DNA of 63,895 nucleotides, filler included, from Octopus bimaculoides (taxonomy: Eukaryota): assembly GCF_001194135.2 (NCBI RefSeq). It is 8 parts of 8 records of this genome, joined end to end, with 100 filler letters (N's around TTAATTAATTAA, not from the genome) between each part and the next. Parts side by side here need not be neighbours in the genome. Positions count along the whole stretch, not along the records: positions 1 to 8,064 come from NC_068986.1; positions 8,165 to 17,901 come from NW_026430003.1; 6 more parts are not named here. One strand, 5' to 3'. Shown piece by piece: positions 1 through 12,468 of the stretch; within the stretch, counting starts at the first letter, position 1, and each line of letters begins with the position of its first letter. The notes below the pieces were generated by a model, which searched no databases, was not told where the DNA came from, and worked only from the letters and a program-made list of their open reading frames with translations. The translations under genes and the position numbers were made by a program.

Positions 1-55
<55 letters not shown>

Positions 56-636
56 ATATATATATATATATAATCATATATATCAATATGTATATACATA
101 TATACTTTATATATGTATGAATCTATGTATGTATGTAACATTTCTTTTCGATCATCCATTTGTATTTAATGGATTTTGCCGTGTTGCAACATTTCTACTG
201 ATGGTCGTCAATTTTATTTTGAATTTTATTATTGTTATTATTTTTTGGGTTAATTTTTCTTTACATTTTTTTCTCTGCTTTTCTCTCTCTCTTTTTTGCC
301 ATTTAACTTCACTATATTTCTATTTTATTTATTCTATATTATTGTCATTCATTAATTCATTTAATTGTTGTTCTTTTTTTTTTCTATTTTTTTTTTCGCT
401 TTCTCCTTTGCGTTTTGTTTTTGATTTTTATGTCTTGTCCTTCTCTTTTGTTTTCTTCTTTTCTAGAAATAAATTCATTTATTTACCTAATTGTTGTTCA
501 TGTAACTATTGTTGTTATTATTTTTACTTCTGTTATTATTGTTTTTCGCTAGTTCATTTCTCTTTCCCTTGTCTTTTTCTTCTTATTTTTATTTATTAAT
601 TTCATTTCTTTTCCTTCTTTTTGTTATTGCTGTCAG

Positions 637-676
<40 letters not shown>

Positions 677-1517
677 GATATTGATGTTATTTATTATCGT
701 AGTTGTCCCCAATAAATAGGTTTTGTGACTGATTTTCCTCTGGATGCTTATTTTAAACTGTCATTAGAAAATCAAATCCTACGAATTAATTGAGAGTTAT
801 TCTGCAGCGTGCACAAACGCACACGCACGAGCAGGCGCACACTAACACACTAACACTGTTACAGTAATACATCCTAACACACATATACACACATACATAC
901 ACACATACATGAACGTACGTAGAAATACATATGTATATATCACGAATCATTTCACACGCATACGCACTAATGTGAGTGTGCGCATGTGTGTATGTGTGCA
1001 CATACATACAAATATANNNNNNNNNNNNNNNNNNNNNNNNNNNNNNNNNNNNNNNNNNNNNNNNNNNNNNNNNNNNNNNNNNNNNNNNNNNNNNNNNNNN
1101 NNNNNNNNNNNNNNNNNNNNNNNNNNNNNNNNNNNNNNNNNNNNNNNNNNNNNNNNNNNNNNNNNNNNNNNNNNNNNNNNNNNNNNNNNNNNNNNNNNNN
1201 NNNNNNNNNNNNNNNNNNNNNNNNNNNNNNNNNNNNNNNNNNNNNNNNNNNNNNNNNNNNNNNNNNNNNNNNNNNNNNNNNNNNNNNNNNNNNNNNNNNN
1301 NNNNNNNNNNNNNNNNNNNNNNNNNNNNNNNNNNNNNNNNNNNNNNNNNNNNNNNNNNNNNNNNNNNNNNNNNNNNNNNNNNNNNNNNNNNNNNNNNNNN
1401 NNNNNNNNNNNNNNNNNNNNNNNNNNNNNNNNNNNNNNNNNNNNNNNNNNNNNNNNNNNNNNNNNNNNNNNNNNNNNNNNNNNNNNNNNNNNNTATTTAA
1501 CAAGAAGCCCCTTATAG

Positions 1518-1628
1518 CATCACCTGAAGAGATGCCTTTGCAGAAAGAGATGCACCAGGACCAGGTGTATAGTATTTTACACGCGAGGGATCGACGCAAG
1601 ATGTCAAAACGATCGTTGTGAGCAATAA
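1518..1628 (+). CDS. Candidate small Cys/Arg-rich terminal exon
   Basis: After ccccttatag: HHLKRCLCRKRCTRTRCIVFYTRGIDARCQNDRCEQ*, 6 Cys spaced C-x-C-x3-C-x4-C-x11-C-x4-C. AATAAA overlaps the stop. Upstream sequence is an N gap. No family recognised. Confidence 0.2.
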   Translation, partial: HHLKRCLCRKRCTRTRCIVFYTRGIDARCQNDRCEQ

Positions 1629-1737
1629 AGTGGTGGCGGCCGTGGTGGCGGCGGCGGCGGCCGTGGTGGCGGCAGCGGCGGCGGTCGTGGTGGCGACGGG
1701 GGTGGTGTTTGTATTGGCAGTGGCTGGTGACGTGGAC

Positions 1738-1865
1738 GTTGTTGCTTAGCATCATGTCAGCCCTGAATGAGCAGGAAAATGTTCAAAGTGTTCAGTCATG
1801 ACCATCCCGTCGTTTTATTAAGCACATTGCACCCAACACAATGTTATCCAAAGTGCTTTTTCTTC
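1738..1865 (-). repeat. Diverged single copy of the 8.2-9.7 kb array unit
   Basis: gttgttgcttagcatcatgtcagccctgaatgagcagg...atgaccatcccgtc aligns with gttgttgcttaaatgtaggtcagccctgattccgcaga...gtgaccatcccgtc. Confidence 0.65.
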
Positions 1866-1949
1866 TCAAGAACGGAAGTGTGTAATTTTAGAGGGATTTG
1901 ACCACTATTCCTTACATGCTGAGCAGCAACTTAGTGATGGCTAGCTAGC

Positions 1950-1967
1950 TAGATAGATAGCCAGATT

Positions 1968-2065
<98 letters not shown>

Positions 2066-2090
2066 TGGGTAGATAAATAGACAGACAGAC

Positions 2091-2176
<86 letters not shown>
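1950..2176. repeat. (GATA)n/(GACA)n microsatellite, one of dozens of simple repeats
   Basis: Other examples: (TG)n 1-54, (GAA)n 4078-4190, (CTT)n 7686-7852, compound tract 16920-17310, (CA)n 25235-25348 and 50712-50838, (AAT)n 62007-62160 and 62782-62899. Confidence 0.97.
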
Positions 2177-2177
<1 letters not shown>

Positions 2178-4162
2178 AAATCAGGTATTCATATTAATGG
2201 ACAGACAAACAAGCAGACAGATAGATGTTTGTGCGTACATTTTTAACCCACGCTATATTAGTACTTTAATTATTATTGTCCTGCAATAAATTGACACAAA
2301 CCTTGACCATGAGAGTGTAAAACTTTTAAATGGAATCGTCAAAAGTTCGCAGTGCTGATTCTAGAGATGTTTTGATTCTCGTAATACTGTTGGTGAATGG
2401 TTAGGTTACGTCCTTAGTCTTAAGTACTTTGATCGATTGGAAATTAACGTAGCCAGCTAGTAATTGTTTAAGAAACGTCTCGTCAAACGGGCCTTTAAAA
2501 ATAAAATATGAGAAAAATTATGTTCGGATTGGTAATTCATTCCTGTTTGTTCTAAATGCAATACAGTAATATTACTGTAACGTTTGTGAACATTTTCTGC
2601 GGCAGATTTATTGAAAAAAAGAGTCTACATGAAATAAAATGAATGAATATATAAATAAATGAATAGATAAACTTTTTCGAATGGATTTTGTTTAACCAAA
2701 ATGTTATAACATTTTTAAAAGCTATGAAGACTTTTTTTCTTACGCAACATTTTTTCTTACTCGTTACAAAGTAATGCTTTCGGGCTTAAATTTCCTGGAA
2801 CTTCTGTTATAAACAACCGACAAATTAATAAATCGAGAGGCGCTGTTCATCGGAAGCACACCATAAATGAAGACGTAATCGTTTTCTTGGTTCTCATCTG
2901 TTTAGTTTTTAATTTATGTATCTTTTTATTGATACTGACTGACTAACTCCAGTAAAGAGACAGCAATTGTATTGTTTGTTTCAAAGATCTTACTGGGCAT
3001 TTACAAACAGAGGAGAGATGCTTTCATTTCCTCTACAAACTCCTATAAACTTGCCTTTTTTTCAATTTGTTCCCGTCGTTTTTATTTGCAATGGCCAAGA
3101 AAGAGAGTTTTTGACCAATATACTCCTTGAATCCACACTACATTAAGAATTCTTTCTTTTTATTTCATAACACTTTTTATCTTTTATTCTGATTTCTGTT
3201 TATTTCCCTCTTATTCAACTTTCTCCACCGATCGCCATTTTGATTAATTGCATGGCGATTTACTATTGCGCCATTTTTTCTTCTGCGTGTATATGTGTGC
3301 GTATTACTATATGTAACTGTTATTTTTTATTTTTTTTCCTTTTCTTTTAGTGCAATTAATTTTGTTGATATCTTAATTGTTGAGATGCTTCATCGCCCGA
3401 CCATGAATACCAATTGTTTAGAGCGCACAAGCTAAATTCAATATATTGAGATAGAATCTATAAAGATCGCTCTTGCAATCAATCAAATCCCGAAGGAAAA
3501 TACAGGACCTATGTTGGAAATTTTTGCAGAAGAGAACGACTTTTGTTTTACTGTCTTTCGGTTATTGAAACTATCTGCAAATTGACAAATTCTGCATTAC
3601 TTTGCTCTTTCTTATTCCTGGAAAGATACATTTACACATTTACAAAAATCTCTTTAGCGGCGAGCAGTCACAGCCAAATACAGATGTTGTACTTTAGACA
3701 AATATAGTCGATGAAATTGATGTGTAGGCACTGGAAGATACATACACATACACACGTTATATTGCAGAAGATAAGCTGTATTGTTGATTGAATTTATCAC
3801 AATATATTACCGACCTATATTATCAACTTCAGGAAGGAGGAAAGACAAACGAAGTCAAACCCAATGGAATTTGAACTCATAGCTATGAGGTAGGAAACTA
3901 AATTGTGTAAATCATCTGATCAGAGTTTCTACTGAGGAGACTTATATCTTTATATCTTTCAGTCTCTTCCTCTCGCTCTCTTTTTTTCTCTTCTGTAAGT
4001 AATAAAAACATGATGAGGTTTCTTTTTCACTTGATATCAATCAAGTTTGTTGAAGAATGAGAAAGGAGGAGGAGAGGAAGAAAGAAGAAGAAGAAGAAGA
4101 AGAAGAAGAAGAAGAAGAAGAAGAAGAAGAAGAAGAAGAAGAAGAAGAAGAAGAAGAAGAAG

Positions 4163-4193
<31 letters not shown>

Positions 4194-4609
4194 GCAAGAG
4201 AATGGTGGTTGATGGAGAATGGAGGTTGTTGTGTAACTTATTGAAATGATCGAAAGTGAATGGGTTAGCGTGTGTCACCGACAAATGCATTACATAAACA
4301 ACAACTCAGCTAACCATGAGCTCCTACAATAATCGCTCGACCTGCTAGAACTAGCAACCAAATCTCTTCCAAATCACCCCTTGCTGTTTTAAAGCAGGGG
4401 GGGTGAACACAAGACTATGTAGTCCAAGAAACATTAAACATAAATCATGATGGTCACAAATAGAAAGCCGTTGCTCGTAGGATTCTTCGATAATGACTAA
4501 TCCAGGACTATATAACAACAACAGAAACGGCATTAAGAAGAGGAACGACAACAACACCTAACAGCGGTAACAATATCACTTTTGGCACAACACACTATAC
4601 ACTATTTTT

Positions 4610-5395
4610 GTTAGACCGGCAGAGTCGTTGGAGCGTCGGAAAAAATGCCTTGCGATATTTCTTCCTTCATTTTATGTTCAAGACTCAACTCCCGTAGAGG
4701 TCAACTTTGCCGTTCACTTTCTTCGGGGGTCTATAAAACATAGTATCATTTAAGTACTGGGGTCAAGGTTATCGACTAGCCCCCTCTAAACTGATGGGAT
4801 TGTGCCTACATTAAAAACAGTTATTGTTGTCGTCGTTGATGTTGTTGTTGTTGTTGCTGCTGCTGCTGCTGCTGTTGTGGTTGTGGTGGGGGTGGGGGTT
4901 GTTGTTGTGGTTGTTGTTATTATTGTTGTTGTTGTTGTTGTTGTTTATGGTAGTGGTGGTGGTTGTGGTATTGACTCTCATATCAGCCTTGATCCAGGAC
5001 ACCTATGGGTCAAGTGCACACCTGTGACCATTCATTTGTTTTTGAAAGAATAATATATGAAGGACTGTATCATCCAACGTCTCTTTTCTTTACTGAGACG
5101 TCAGTATGCGATTTGAACGAGATTTGGTCTTCCGTGTTAACACGGAGCGATGAAAGCCAAAGTTGACTTCGGCGGTATGTGAATTCAGAACTTACAGAGC
5201 CGGAAGAAACACCGGCTCTCTATACTCTGAGTTCAAATCCCGCCGATTTCAGCTTTATCATTCTTTCTTCCCTCATGGGTCGATGAAATAAAGTACCAGT
5301 CTAAGGCGACAGACTGATGGATTCGTTAGAACATCGGACAAGATACCTTACAGTGTTTGTTCCGGTTCTTTGCTATCTGATTTCAGACTCTCAGA
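4610..5395. mobile_element. Fragments of an abundant SINE family (aaataagtacc...actggggtc motif)
   Basis: Also seen at ~16238-16426, 27470-27605, 44415-44605, 46010-46200, 50330-50490, 53255-53375, 54050-54120, 56490-56680 and 59220-59340. Confidence 0.75.
4975..5090 (-). repeat. Diverged single copy of the array unit, next to a (GTT/GCT)n tract
   Basis: tcagccttgatccaggacacctatgg...tgtgaccatt...aggactgtatcatccaacg aligns to the unit. Confidence 0.6.
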
Positions 5396-5741
5396 TTTGA
5401 TCCATCGCTCGTTAAACACCACTATCTGGTTTGTCGGTGTCTTAAGTAGAGTCCACTATTTTAGAAGCTATCGAACCAGTTCTCCGGTTTGAAGATAATT
5501 CCGTTCCTCTCATCTGTTACGAAGTCGCAATAGTGTGTCATGGGCACCACACTAGCCCCTGACTTAGAGATAAAATCATGTAGAATCAGTATAAGTACTG
5601 TTCCATACAAGAACTTAATAATACTAGCACTGCGTAGAGTATCAGCAATGGATTCGGAAGGTTTAAATTGCTTTTGGGTTTGTGAAAATGAAAACTATTT
5701 TTTGATAGTAAAGTTATGTCATTGTCACGGAAGTAAGGTCG

Positions 5742-6150
5742 TATGTATGTATGTATGTATGTATGTATGTATGTGTGTATGTATGTATGTATGCATGCAT
5801 GTATGTATGTATGCATGTATGTCATTATTCAATTTTATTTCAAGATTCTTGCCAATAGAGAAAGAGCCGGTTTCTAACTTAGATACAAGACTCCTTCATT
5901 GGAATTTCAACGCCAACAGGGTATTTTTGCATTTATGTATGTATGTATGTATGTATGTATGTATGTATGTATGTGCAGATTTGTATATTTTGTTTTATGT
6001 ATGTAATCTCATATATATAAATGCATTTCTAGACGTACTCATATATACTTAATGGATAAACTTCTGGAAAGTTTTACAGATTTTTACAGTGCCAGTGATG
6101 GATTGGATTTCTAGTCTTCGAATCAGTTTTCTTCTTTCTGGTTTTGGATA
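5742..6150 (-). mobile_element. 3' end of an R4/Dong-like (REL endonuclease) LINE with 3'UTR and (TACA)n tail
   Basis: Similar to 21571-21850 (ctggaaagttttacagatttttacagt...; ctccttcattggaatttcaac). The minus strand encodes a ...LEIQSITGTVKICKTFQKFI-type C-terminus. Confidence 0.7.
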
Positions 6151-6229
6151 TATGGGGAATATATGTGCCACAGAATCCGGGAAACTCGTTTTATAGTTCG
6201 GGAAGGACCATTGGACCTTTATATATGTA

Positions 6230-7500
6230 TAAAATAACTACTTGGAGAATAACTACTTTATTTTCAAAGACAACTTCTATCGACGAAAATCGGGGACTGC
6301 GATGGGTACGAGAATGGCCCCCTCCTTTGCTAACCTAGTCATAGGATATCTAGAAATCAGTCTTTATCGTAAGGTACTAGAAAAATACGGCAACCCATTC
6401 TCCCTCTACATAGAAAATAACTGGAAGAGGTATCTAGATGAATGTTTCATTCTTTGGCATGAAAGTATAGAGAGACTTAAAGAATTTCAAGCACTTATGA
6501 ATGGACTTGACGTAAACATTCAATTCACGATAGAATATAGCCATCAACATCTTCTATTCCTTGACATCCTCATTAAGAAATCTAACAACGAAATAGAAAC
6601 AGATATATACTACAAGACCACGGACTCCAAGCAATATCTACCGTTCAACTCATGCTACCCCAGACACACTAGAATGAATATCACTTTCAACCTAGTAAAA
6701 AGGATTTGTACTATAGTTTCTAATACAAGCACCAGGGACACAGGACTACACGAACTAAAAGATACACTCATTACCAGGATCTGCCCACCATCACTAATTG
6801 ATATATGCTTTCAACGTGCACTACAACTCAACATCCACGAACTCAGGCATCCCAAATTAAAGAAGGATTTACGACCAAAAGCACTACCATGCATCTCCAC
6901 AAACAACCCTCTTAACAATGAAGCCTTCGACATCATCCTCTAGAAAATTCCCCTACTAAAAAGGGGCCGCAGAATGAATTTAATCCTCCAAACGCACACC
7001 ATCATAAAGAGTAAAAGACAGCCCAAATTTATGAAAAGTCTCCTAACACAAGCCCAAATACGCTCGACAACAACAAGCCGTCAGTAAAAGAATGCGGAAG
7101 ACCAAACTGCGGTATATGCGTCAACCTAATTGAGGGATCAGACTTCTCTTTCAAACAGGGTCAACGTTTTACAGTGAAAAGCAATTTCACATGTGCTTCG
7201 GAGAACCTGATATATGTATTAACTTGTTCTGGTTGTCAAGAGTAATACATAGGCCAAACCAAAAACAGTCTACGTCAAAGGATGGCTCTACATAGATCCC
7301 AGATCAAAATTCGGAAATACAGAAGAATAGCATTCAGCAGACATCAACATTTGTGCCAATAAAAAACAACTCAGCTTCAGAATTTTTCCCCCTCTATACA
7401 TTCAGGGACGATGCTACCTGTAGTCAGCGCATTAGCAAAGAGTCATACTTTATCACAAAATATAAACCCCTTTTGAATGCATCCACCACAAATGACACTA
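6230..7500 (+). mobile_element. Penelope-like retroelement fragment (RT C-half plus GIY-YIG endonuclease), 5'-truncated and disrupted
   Basis: ORF 6242-6943 has GTAMGTRMAPSFANL, WKRYLDECF, IQFTIEYS...FLDI and DIYYKTTDSKQYL. Downstream is FTCASENLIYVLTCSGCQE*YIGQTKNSLRQRMALHR, containing a stop. Confidence 0.9.
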
Positions 7501-7724
7501 TTACAAGGGCCTTAGAATAATAACCATGCAAATATTAAAAACTATATATTCAGAACAGTCACTACCCATGAATTTATTCAGAATAATTCCAATCACTACT
7601 ATTACAACCACAAATCACTTTTAGGTCACTTGACCATTTAAGAGGATTCCACCAACATCCTACTACTGTCATACCACCCCCGCATTCTTCTTCTTCTTCT
7701 TCTTCTTCTTCTTCTTCTTCTTCT

Positions 7725-7759
<35 letters not shown>

Positions 7760-8108
7760 TTCTTTTTCTTCTTTTTCTTCTTCTTCTTCTTCTTCTTCTT
7801 CTTCTTCTTCTTCTTCTTCTTCTTCTTCTTCTTCGTCTTCTTCTTCTTCTTTCTCAACTACTACTACTGCTTAAACAATCTAAAGCAAATATCAAATATT
7901 AGGACTACTACTACTTGCTGCCCACTACCTAGAACTCACATGAATAAAAAAGAGAGACAGAGACAGACAGAAAAAAGAAAAATGTCCCTTGCATTTAAAA
8001 ACTATGGAAATATTTTTAAAAAAAGGCATTTTATTTAATTTTTCCACACTTTAATTTGTTTTTCNNNNNNNNNNNNNNNNNNNNNNNNNNNNNNNNNNNN
8101 NNNNNNNN

Positions 8109-8120
8109 TTAATTAATTAA
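8109..8120. other. Assembly spacer tag TTAATTAATTAA inside N runs
   Basis: The identical 12-mer (stops in all six frames) is embedded in N runs at 8109, 17946, 31240, 34931, 38459, 44066 and 60957. Confidence 0.95.
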
Positions 8121-8249
8121 NNNNNNNNNNNNNNNNNNNNNNNNNNNNNNNNNNNNNNNNNNNNACGTTTTACGTCTGTCAGTTGCGCTCTTGCGATTGT
8201 TGTTGCTGTTGCTATAGTTACGGACCGGGTCAAGAACTGTGATAAAGAG

Positions 8250-9675
8250 ATCTTCCATCTGCGACCATCCTCTCCTTTGTCCAGATATAGTCATAGTCTA
8301 CCGAGGACTACATTATCTAATGTGTCCTTCCTTGTTATTGCAGTGGTTGTTGTTGCTTAAATGTAGGTCAGTCCTGATTCGGCAGACTTATAATCAAAGA
8401 CGTTCCATTTGTGACCATCCCGTCTTATATTCAGACGCTATGTATCTATGACTACATCATCTAACTCCTTGTTGTTGTAGTTGTTGTAGTGGCATAAAAC
8501 TAGGTCAGACGTTCCATTTGTGACCATCCTGTCATTTATTCAGACACTGTGTATCTAGGACTACATCATCTAATGTGTCCTTCCTTGTTATTGCAGTGGT
8601 TGTTGTTGCTTAAATGTAGGTCAGCCCTGATTCCGCAGACTTATAATCAAAGACGTTCCATTTGTGACCATCCCGTCTTATATTCAGACACTATGTATCT
8701 ATGACTACTTTATCTAACTCCTTGTTGTTGTAGTTGTTGTAGTGGCATAAAACTAGGTCAGACGTTCCATTTGCGACCATCCTGTCATTTATTCAGACAC
8801 TGTGTATCTAGGACTACATCATCTAATGTGTCCTTCCTTGTTATTGCAGTGGTTGTTGTTGCTTAAATCTAGGTCAGTCTTGATTCCGCAGACTTATAAT
8901 CAAAGACGTTCCATTTGCGACCATCCTGTCTTTTCTTCAGACATTGTGTATCTGGGAATACATCATCTAATGTGCCCTCCCTTATTGTCGTTGTAGATGT
9001 TATTGTTGTTGCATAATACAAGGTCAGTCGTGATCCCGAAGACCTATAATCAAAGACGTTCCATTTATGACCATCCTGTCTTTTATTCGGAAACTATCTA
9101 GGACTACGTTATCTAATGTGCACTGTTGCAGCTATTGCTGTTGTTGTTGTTGTTGTTGCTGATGTTGTTTAAAACTAGATTAATCTTGATCCAGCAGGCT
9201 TAAAATCAAAGACGTTCCAGGTTTGGCCATCCTGTCTTTAGTACAGCTAGTGTATCTAGGACTACATTATTTAAAGTGTCTTTCCTTGTTGATGAAGTTA
9301 TTTAGCCCCAGGTCAGTCCTGATCCAGCAGACCTATGATCAAATCTGCTCCATTCGTGACCATCCTGTCGGTTATTCATTGTGTATCTAGGACTGCATTA
9401 TCTAATGTGTCCTTCCTTGTTGTTGTTTAGCCCTAGGTCAGTCCTGATCCAGACAGACCTATGATCAAAGACGTTCCAACTGTGACCATCCTGTCTCTGA
9501 TTCAGACAATGTATCTAGGACTACATCACTAAAATGCCTTTCTTTGTTAATGTAGTTATTTAACCCCAGGTCAGTCCTGATCAAGACAGATCTACGATCA
9601 AAGATATTCCAGCTGTGACCACCATGTCTTTATGTAGACGTGTTGTATCTTGGGCTACAATATTTAAAGTGCCTT
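8250..9675 (-). repeat. Tandem array of ~11 units (109-156 bp) of a SINE-like 3' segment with (CAA)n-type linkers
   Basis: The anchor gacgttcc recurs at ~8399, 8508, 8652, 8761, 8905, 9055, 9211, 9346 (variant), 9470 and 9603 (variant). The 109+144 bp spacing occurs twice, forming a 253-bp higher-order unit. Confidence 0.9.
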
Positions 9676-9773
9676 CCCTAAACACTAAACCCTAACCCTA
9701 AACAATAACTCTAACCCTAACCCTAAAACTAACCCTAAAACCCTAACCTTGACACTAAAACCCTAACCCTAAC
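9676..9773 (-). repeat. Degenerate interstitial telomere-like (TTAGGG)n tract
   Basis: Repeated ccctaa / accctaa / ctaa units. Confidence 0.75.
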
Positions 9774-10815
9774 ACCGTAGAGAAGATCGTGCGGGTGTTA
9801 CGGAAAGGGCCGATCTTTGGTAAAGATCGCCGAAGACACTTTATACGGAAAAAGCCGATATTTCGTACTGGTATCGAAAGATCGCCCACATATATATATA
9901 TATATATATATATANNNNNNNNNNNNNNNNNNNNNNNNNNNNNNNNNNNNNNNNNNNNNNNNNNNNNNNNNNNNNNNNNNNNNNNNNNNNNNNNNNNNNN
10001 NNNNNNNNNNNNNNNNNNNNNNNNNNNNNNNNNNNNNNNNNNATTAAATTTGGGTTAAAAGACTTTACATACATGACCTACCTGCAAACATTTAATCGTA
10101 CATAAAAATCACCATGGTTTTCAAATACATAAAGAATAATACCACAGACGGTAAAAATATAAAATCGAATAAAAAACAAATAGATCGGCCGATCAAAAAG
10201 TTAAATATAAACGGTTACAAATTCAAAAACTACCAAGAAATCTAACAGACAAATATAAAATAAGTAAAGGTAAAAATAAAAATAGCATAAATATCCACCG
10301 ACTAAAAAAGTCTTATCAGACGATTAAAATATTTTTTAGAAATTATAAAAATTTTTTTTTTTTTTTGTTTGAATATTTGAAAAAATATTTGAAAAAAGTA
10401 TTTTGCTTACCTCATACAAGTACGTCCAAAGTTCATAATTAAACAGACTTCCACAGGTCAAATTCACATACATCTTGAAAAAAATGTCTTTTACTCCCTC
10501 CACACAAGTACGTTCAAAATTTCACAGGTCAAATTCAACATTCACATATATCTGGGGCCATTTCGGGAGCTCACCACTGTAGTTTATTGACACTGAAATA
10601 CAAAATGGCGATGACGTCACCATCAGGAGAAACTGGAAACAGAAGATACGTACAAAATTTTTTAAGAAAAGCTTATACAACTTAAAAGAAAAAACCCATC
10701 AACGGACCAGTCCAAATTTTCTAAAAAAAAAAAAAAAAAAAAAGTCTATTGCTAAACATTTAGGTGGCTGTAGTTAACAGAAACCTAACCTCGCCGGTTT
10801 CAAATCCCCGTAACG

Positions 10816-11340
10816 TTAAACAATTTTATCATATCTAATTTTATTTCTATAAACTTTCAAAAAGGTGGACGAAAACCTATGGTTGCAAAAAGGGATCACC
10901 TCAGTAAATTTATTCAAAGATTTTGGCCCGAAAGACTTAAGGATGACAAAGAATTCTTTTACACACAACTTACACTTATTTATATTTACTCTGAAGTAAG
11001 GGTCTCTCGAAATAATGGACCATTCCAGAGAATAACTCTCATTATTCCTCTTTAGATCGTATATATAAGATGCAAGCGTGGTAGAGCTACAGTATTTTTC
11101 ATTTGAAAACGAGATCATGTGGGTACGATACCTAGCCTTAAAATTTACCGTCCTACCTATATAAAACTTATCTAAATTATCCTCATCCTTATAAATTGCA
11201 TTAGTAATTAGACAGACCCCATCAAGGGGACATAAAACAGGGTTTGTTCTATAACCAATGCTTCTTTATCTTCTCATTTATATTTGAGGACTTCTTTTGC
11301 AGTTCTATAAGCCCTTTTGTTTCTATTAGACGAGACAAAT
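10816..11340 (-). mobile_element. Penelope-like GIY-YIG / C-terminal fragment
   Basis: IGRTVNFKARYRTHMISF followed by TTLASYIYDLK...YSLEWSII...CKLCVKE...LNKFTE...CNH. Confidence 0.8.
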
Positions 11341-12468
11341 ATTATTTCTTGTTGTATATACNNNNNNNNNNNNNNNNNNNNNNNNNNNNNNNNNNNNNNN
11401 NNNNNNNNNNNNNNNNNNNNNNNNNNNNNNNNNNNNNNNNNNNNNNNNNNNNNNNNNNNNNNNNNNNNNNNNNNNNNNNNNNNNNNNNNNNNNNNNNNNN
11501 NNNNNNNNNNNNNNNNNNNNNNNNNNNNNNNNNNNNNNNNNNNNNNNNNNNNNNNNNNNNNNNNNNNNNNNNNNNNNNNNNNNNNNNNNNNNNNNNNNNN
11601 NNNNNNNNNNNNNNNNNNNNNNNNNNNNNNNNNNNNNNNNNNNNNNNNNNNNNNNNNNNNNNNNNNNNNNNNNNNNNNNNNNNNNNNNNNNNNNNNNNNN
11701 NNNNNNNNNNNNNNNNNNNNNNNNNNNNNNNNNNNNNNNNNNNNNNNNNNNNNNNNNNNNNNNNNNNNNNNNNNNNNNNNNNNNNNNNNNNNNNNNNNNN
11801 NNNNNNNNNNNNNTATATATATATATATATATATATTTCTATATATATATATATATAGTCACACACACACATACATATACGCAAAGCCAAACTAATTCAA
11901 CGCCGCTCATACATAACTTCACAAAAGAAAGACATGGGATAGGGCAGGACATTCTCATGATGTTGTCTTCCCTATGTCCTTTCCTCCTCCACCGCCACTT
12001 CCTTTTTCCCACTCTCCTACCTCCCCACCACCACCACCTTTCTCCTTCTTATTCTTTCTTCTTTTTCTCGTACTCTTTCTGTGCCTTCTCTTCTCTTTCT
12101 GCTTCGACGATCGTTATGGCATCCACTACGGCATCTCCGTCTTCTCTCTTTCCTTCTTCTCTGCTCCATTTGTTTCGATTTCCTCCAGTTCGTCTTCTTC
12201 CTCCTTTTCCGTCTGGATTTCGAACATTTTGTCGGCCTACTCGTTGTTGTTGAGAAGCTATTTCTTGTGTTGCGGTTCTGCAAATTCCGATTTGAGAAGA
12301 AAAAAAAAGCGGGCGGCCGGAAGTAGAATTGTTACTGCGGTTAGTACTAACCGCACCGCCAAATCTCAAGAGGGCAGCCGTTGGGGCTGTTGAATTGATT
12401 TCGAAATTGTGGCTATGAACCGCTGCATGTTCCTCCTGGCCAGTAACCTTTCCACTTCCGTCCAAATT

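Noticed and set aside
967-1755. His/Arg-rich minus-strand ORF
   Set aside because: Derived from (GGC/GGT)n low complexity and extended artificially by Ns. No homology is recognised.
8250-9675. CRISPR-like or protein-coding repeat (QTYNQRRSICDHPV… frame)
   Set aside because: There are no unique spacers. Unit lengths such as 109 bp break the frame and stops occur.
10545-10632. Hammerhead-like pieces downstream of the 10.8-kb Penelope fragment (CTGATGG…CCCGAAA)
   Set aside because: The core, stem II and cleavage site are all mismatched, so it is too decayed to call.
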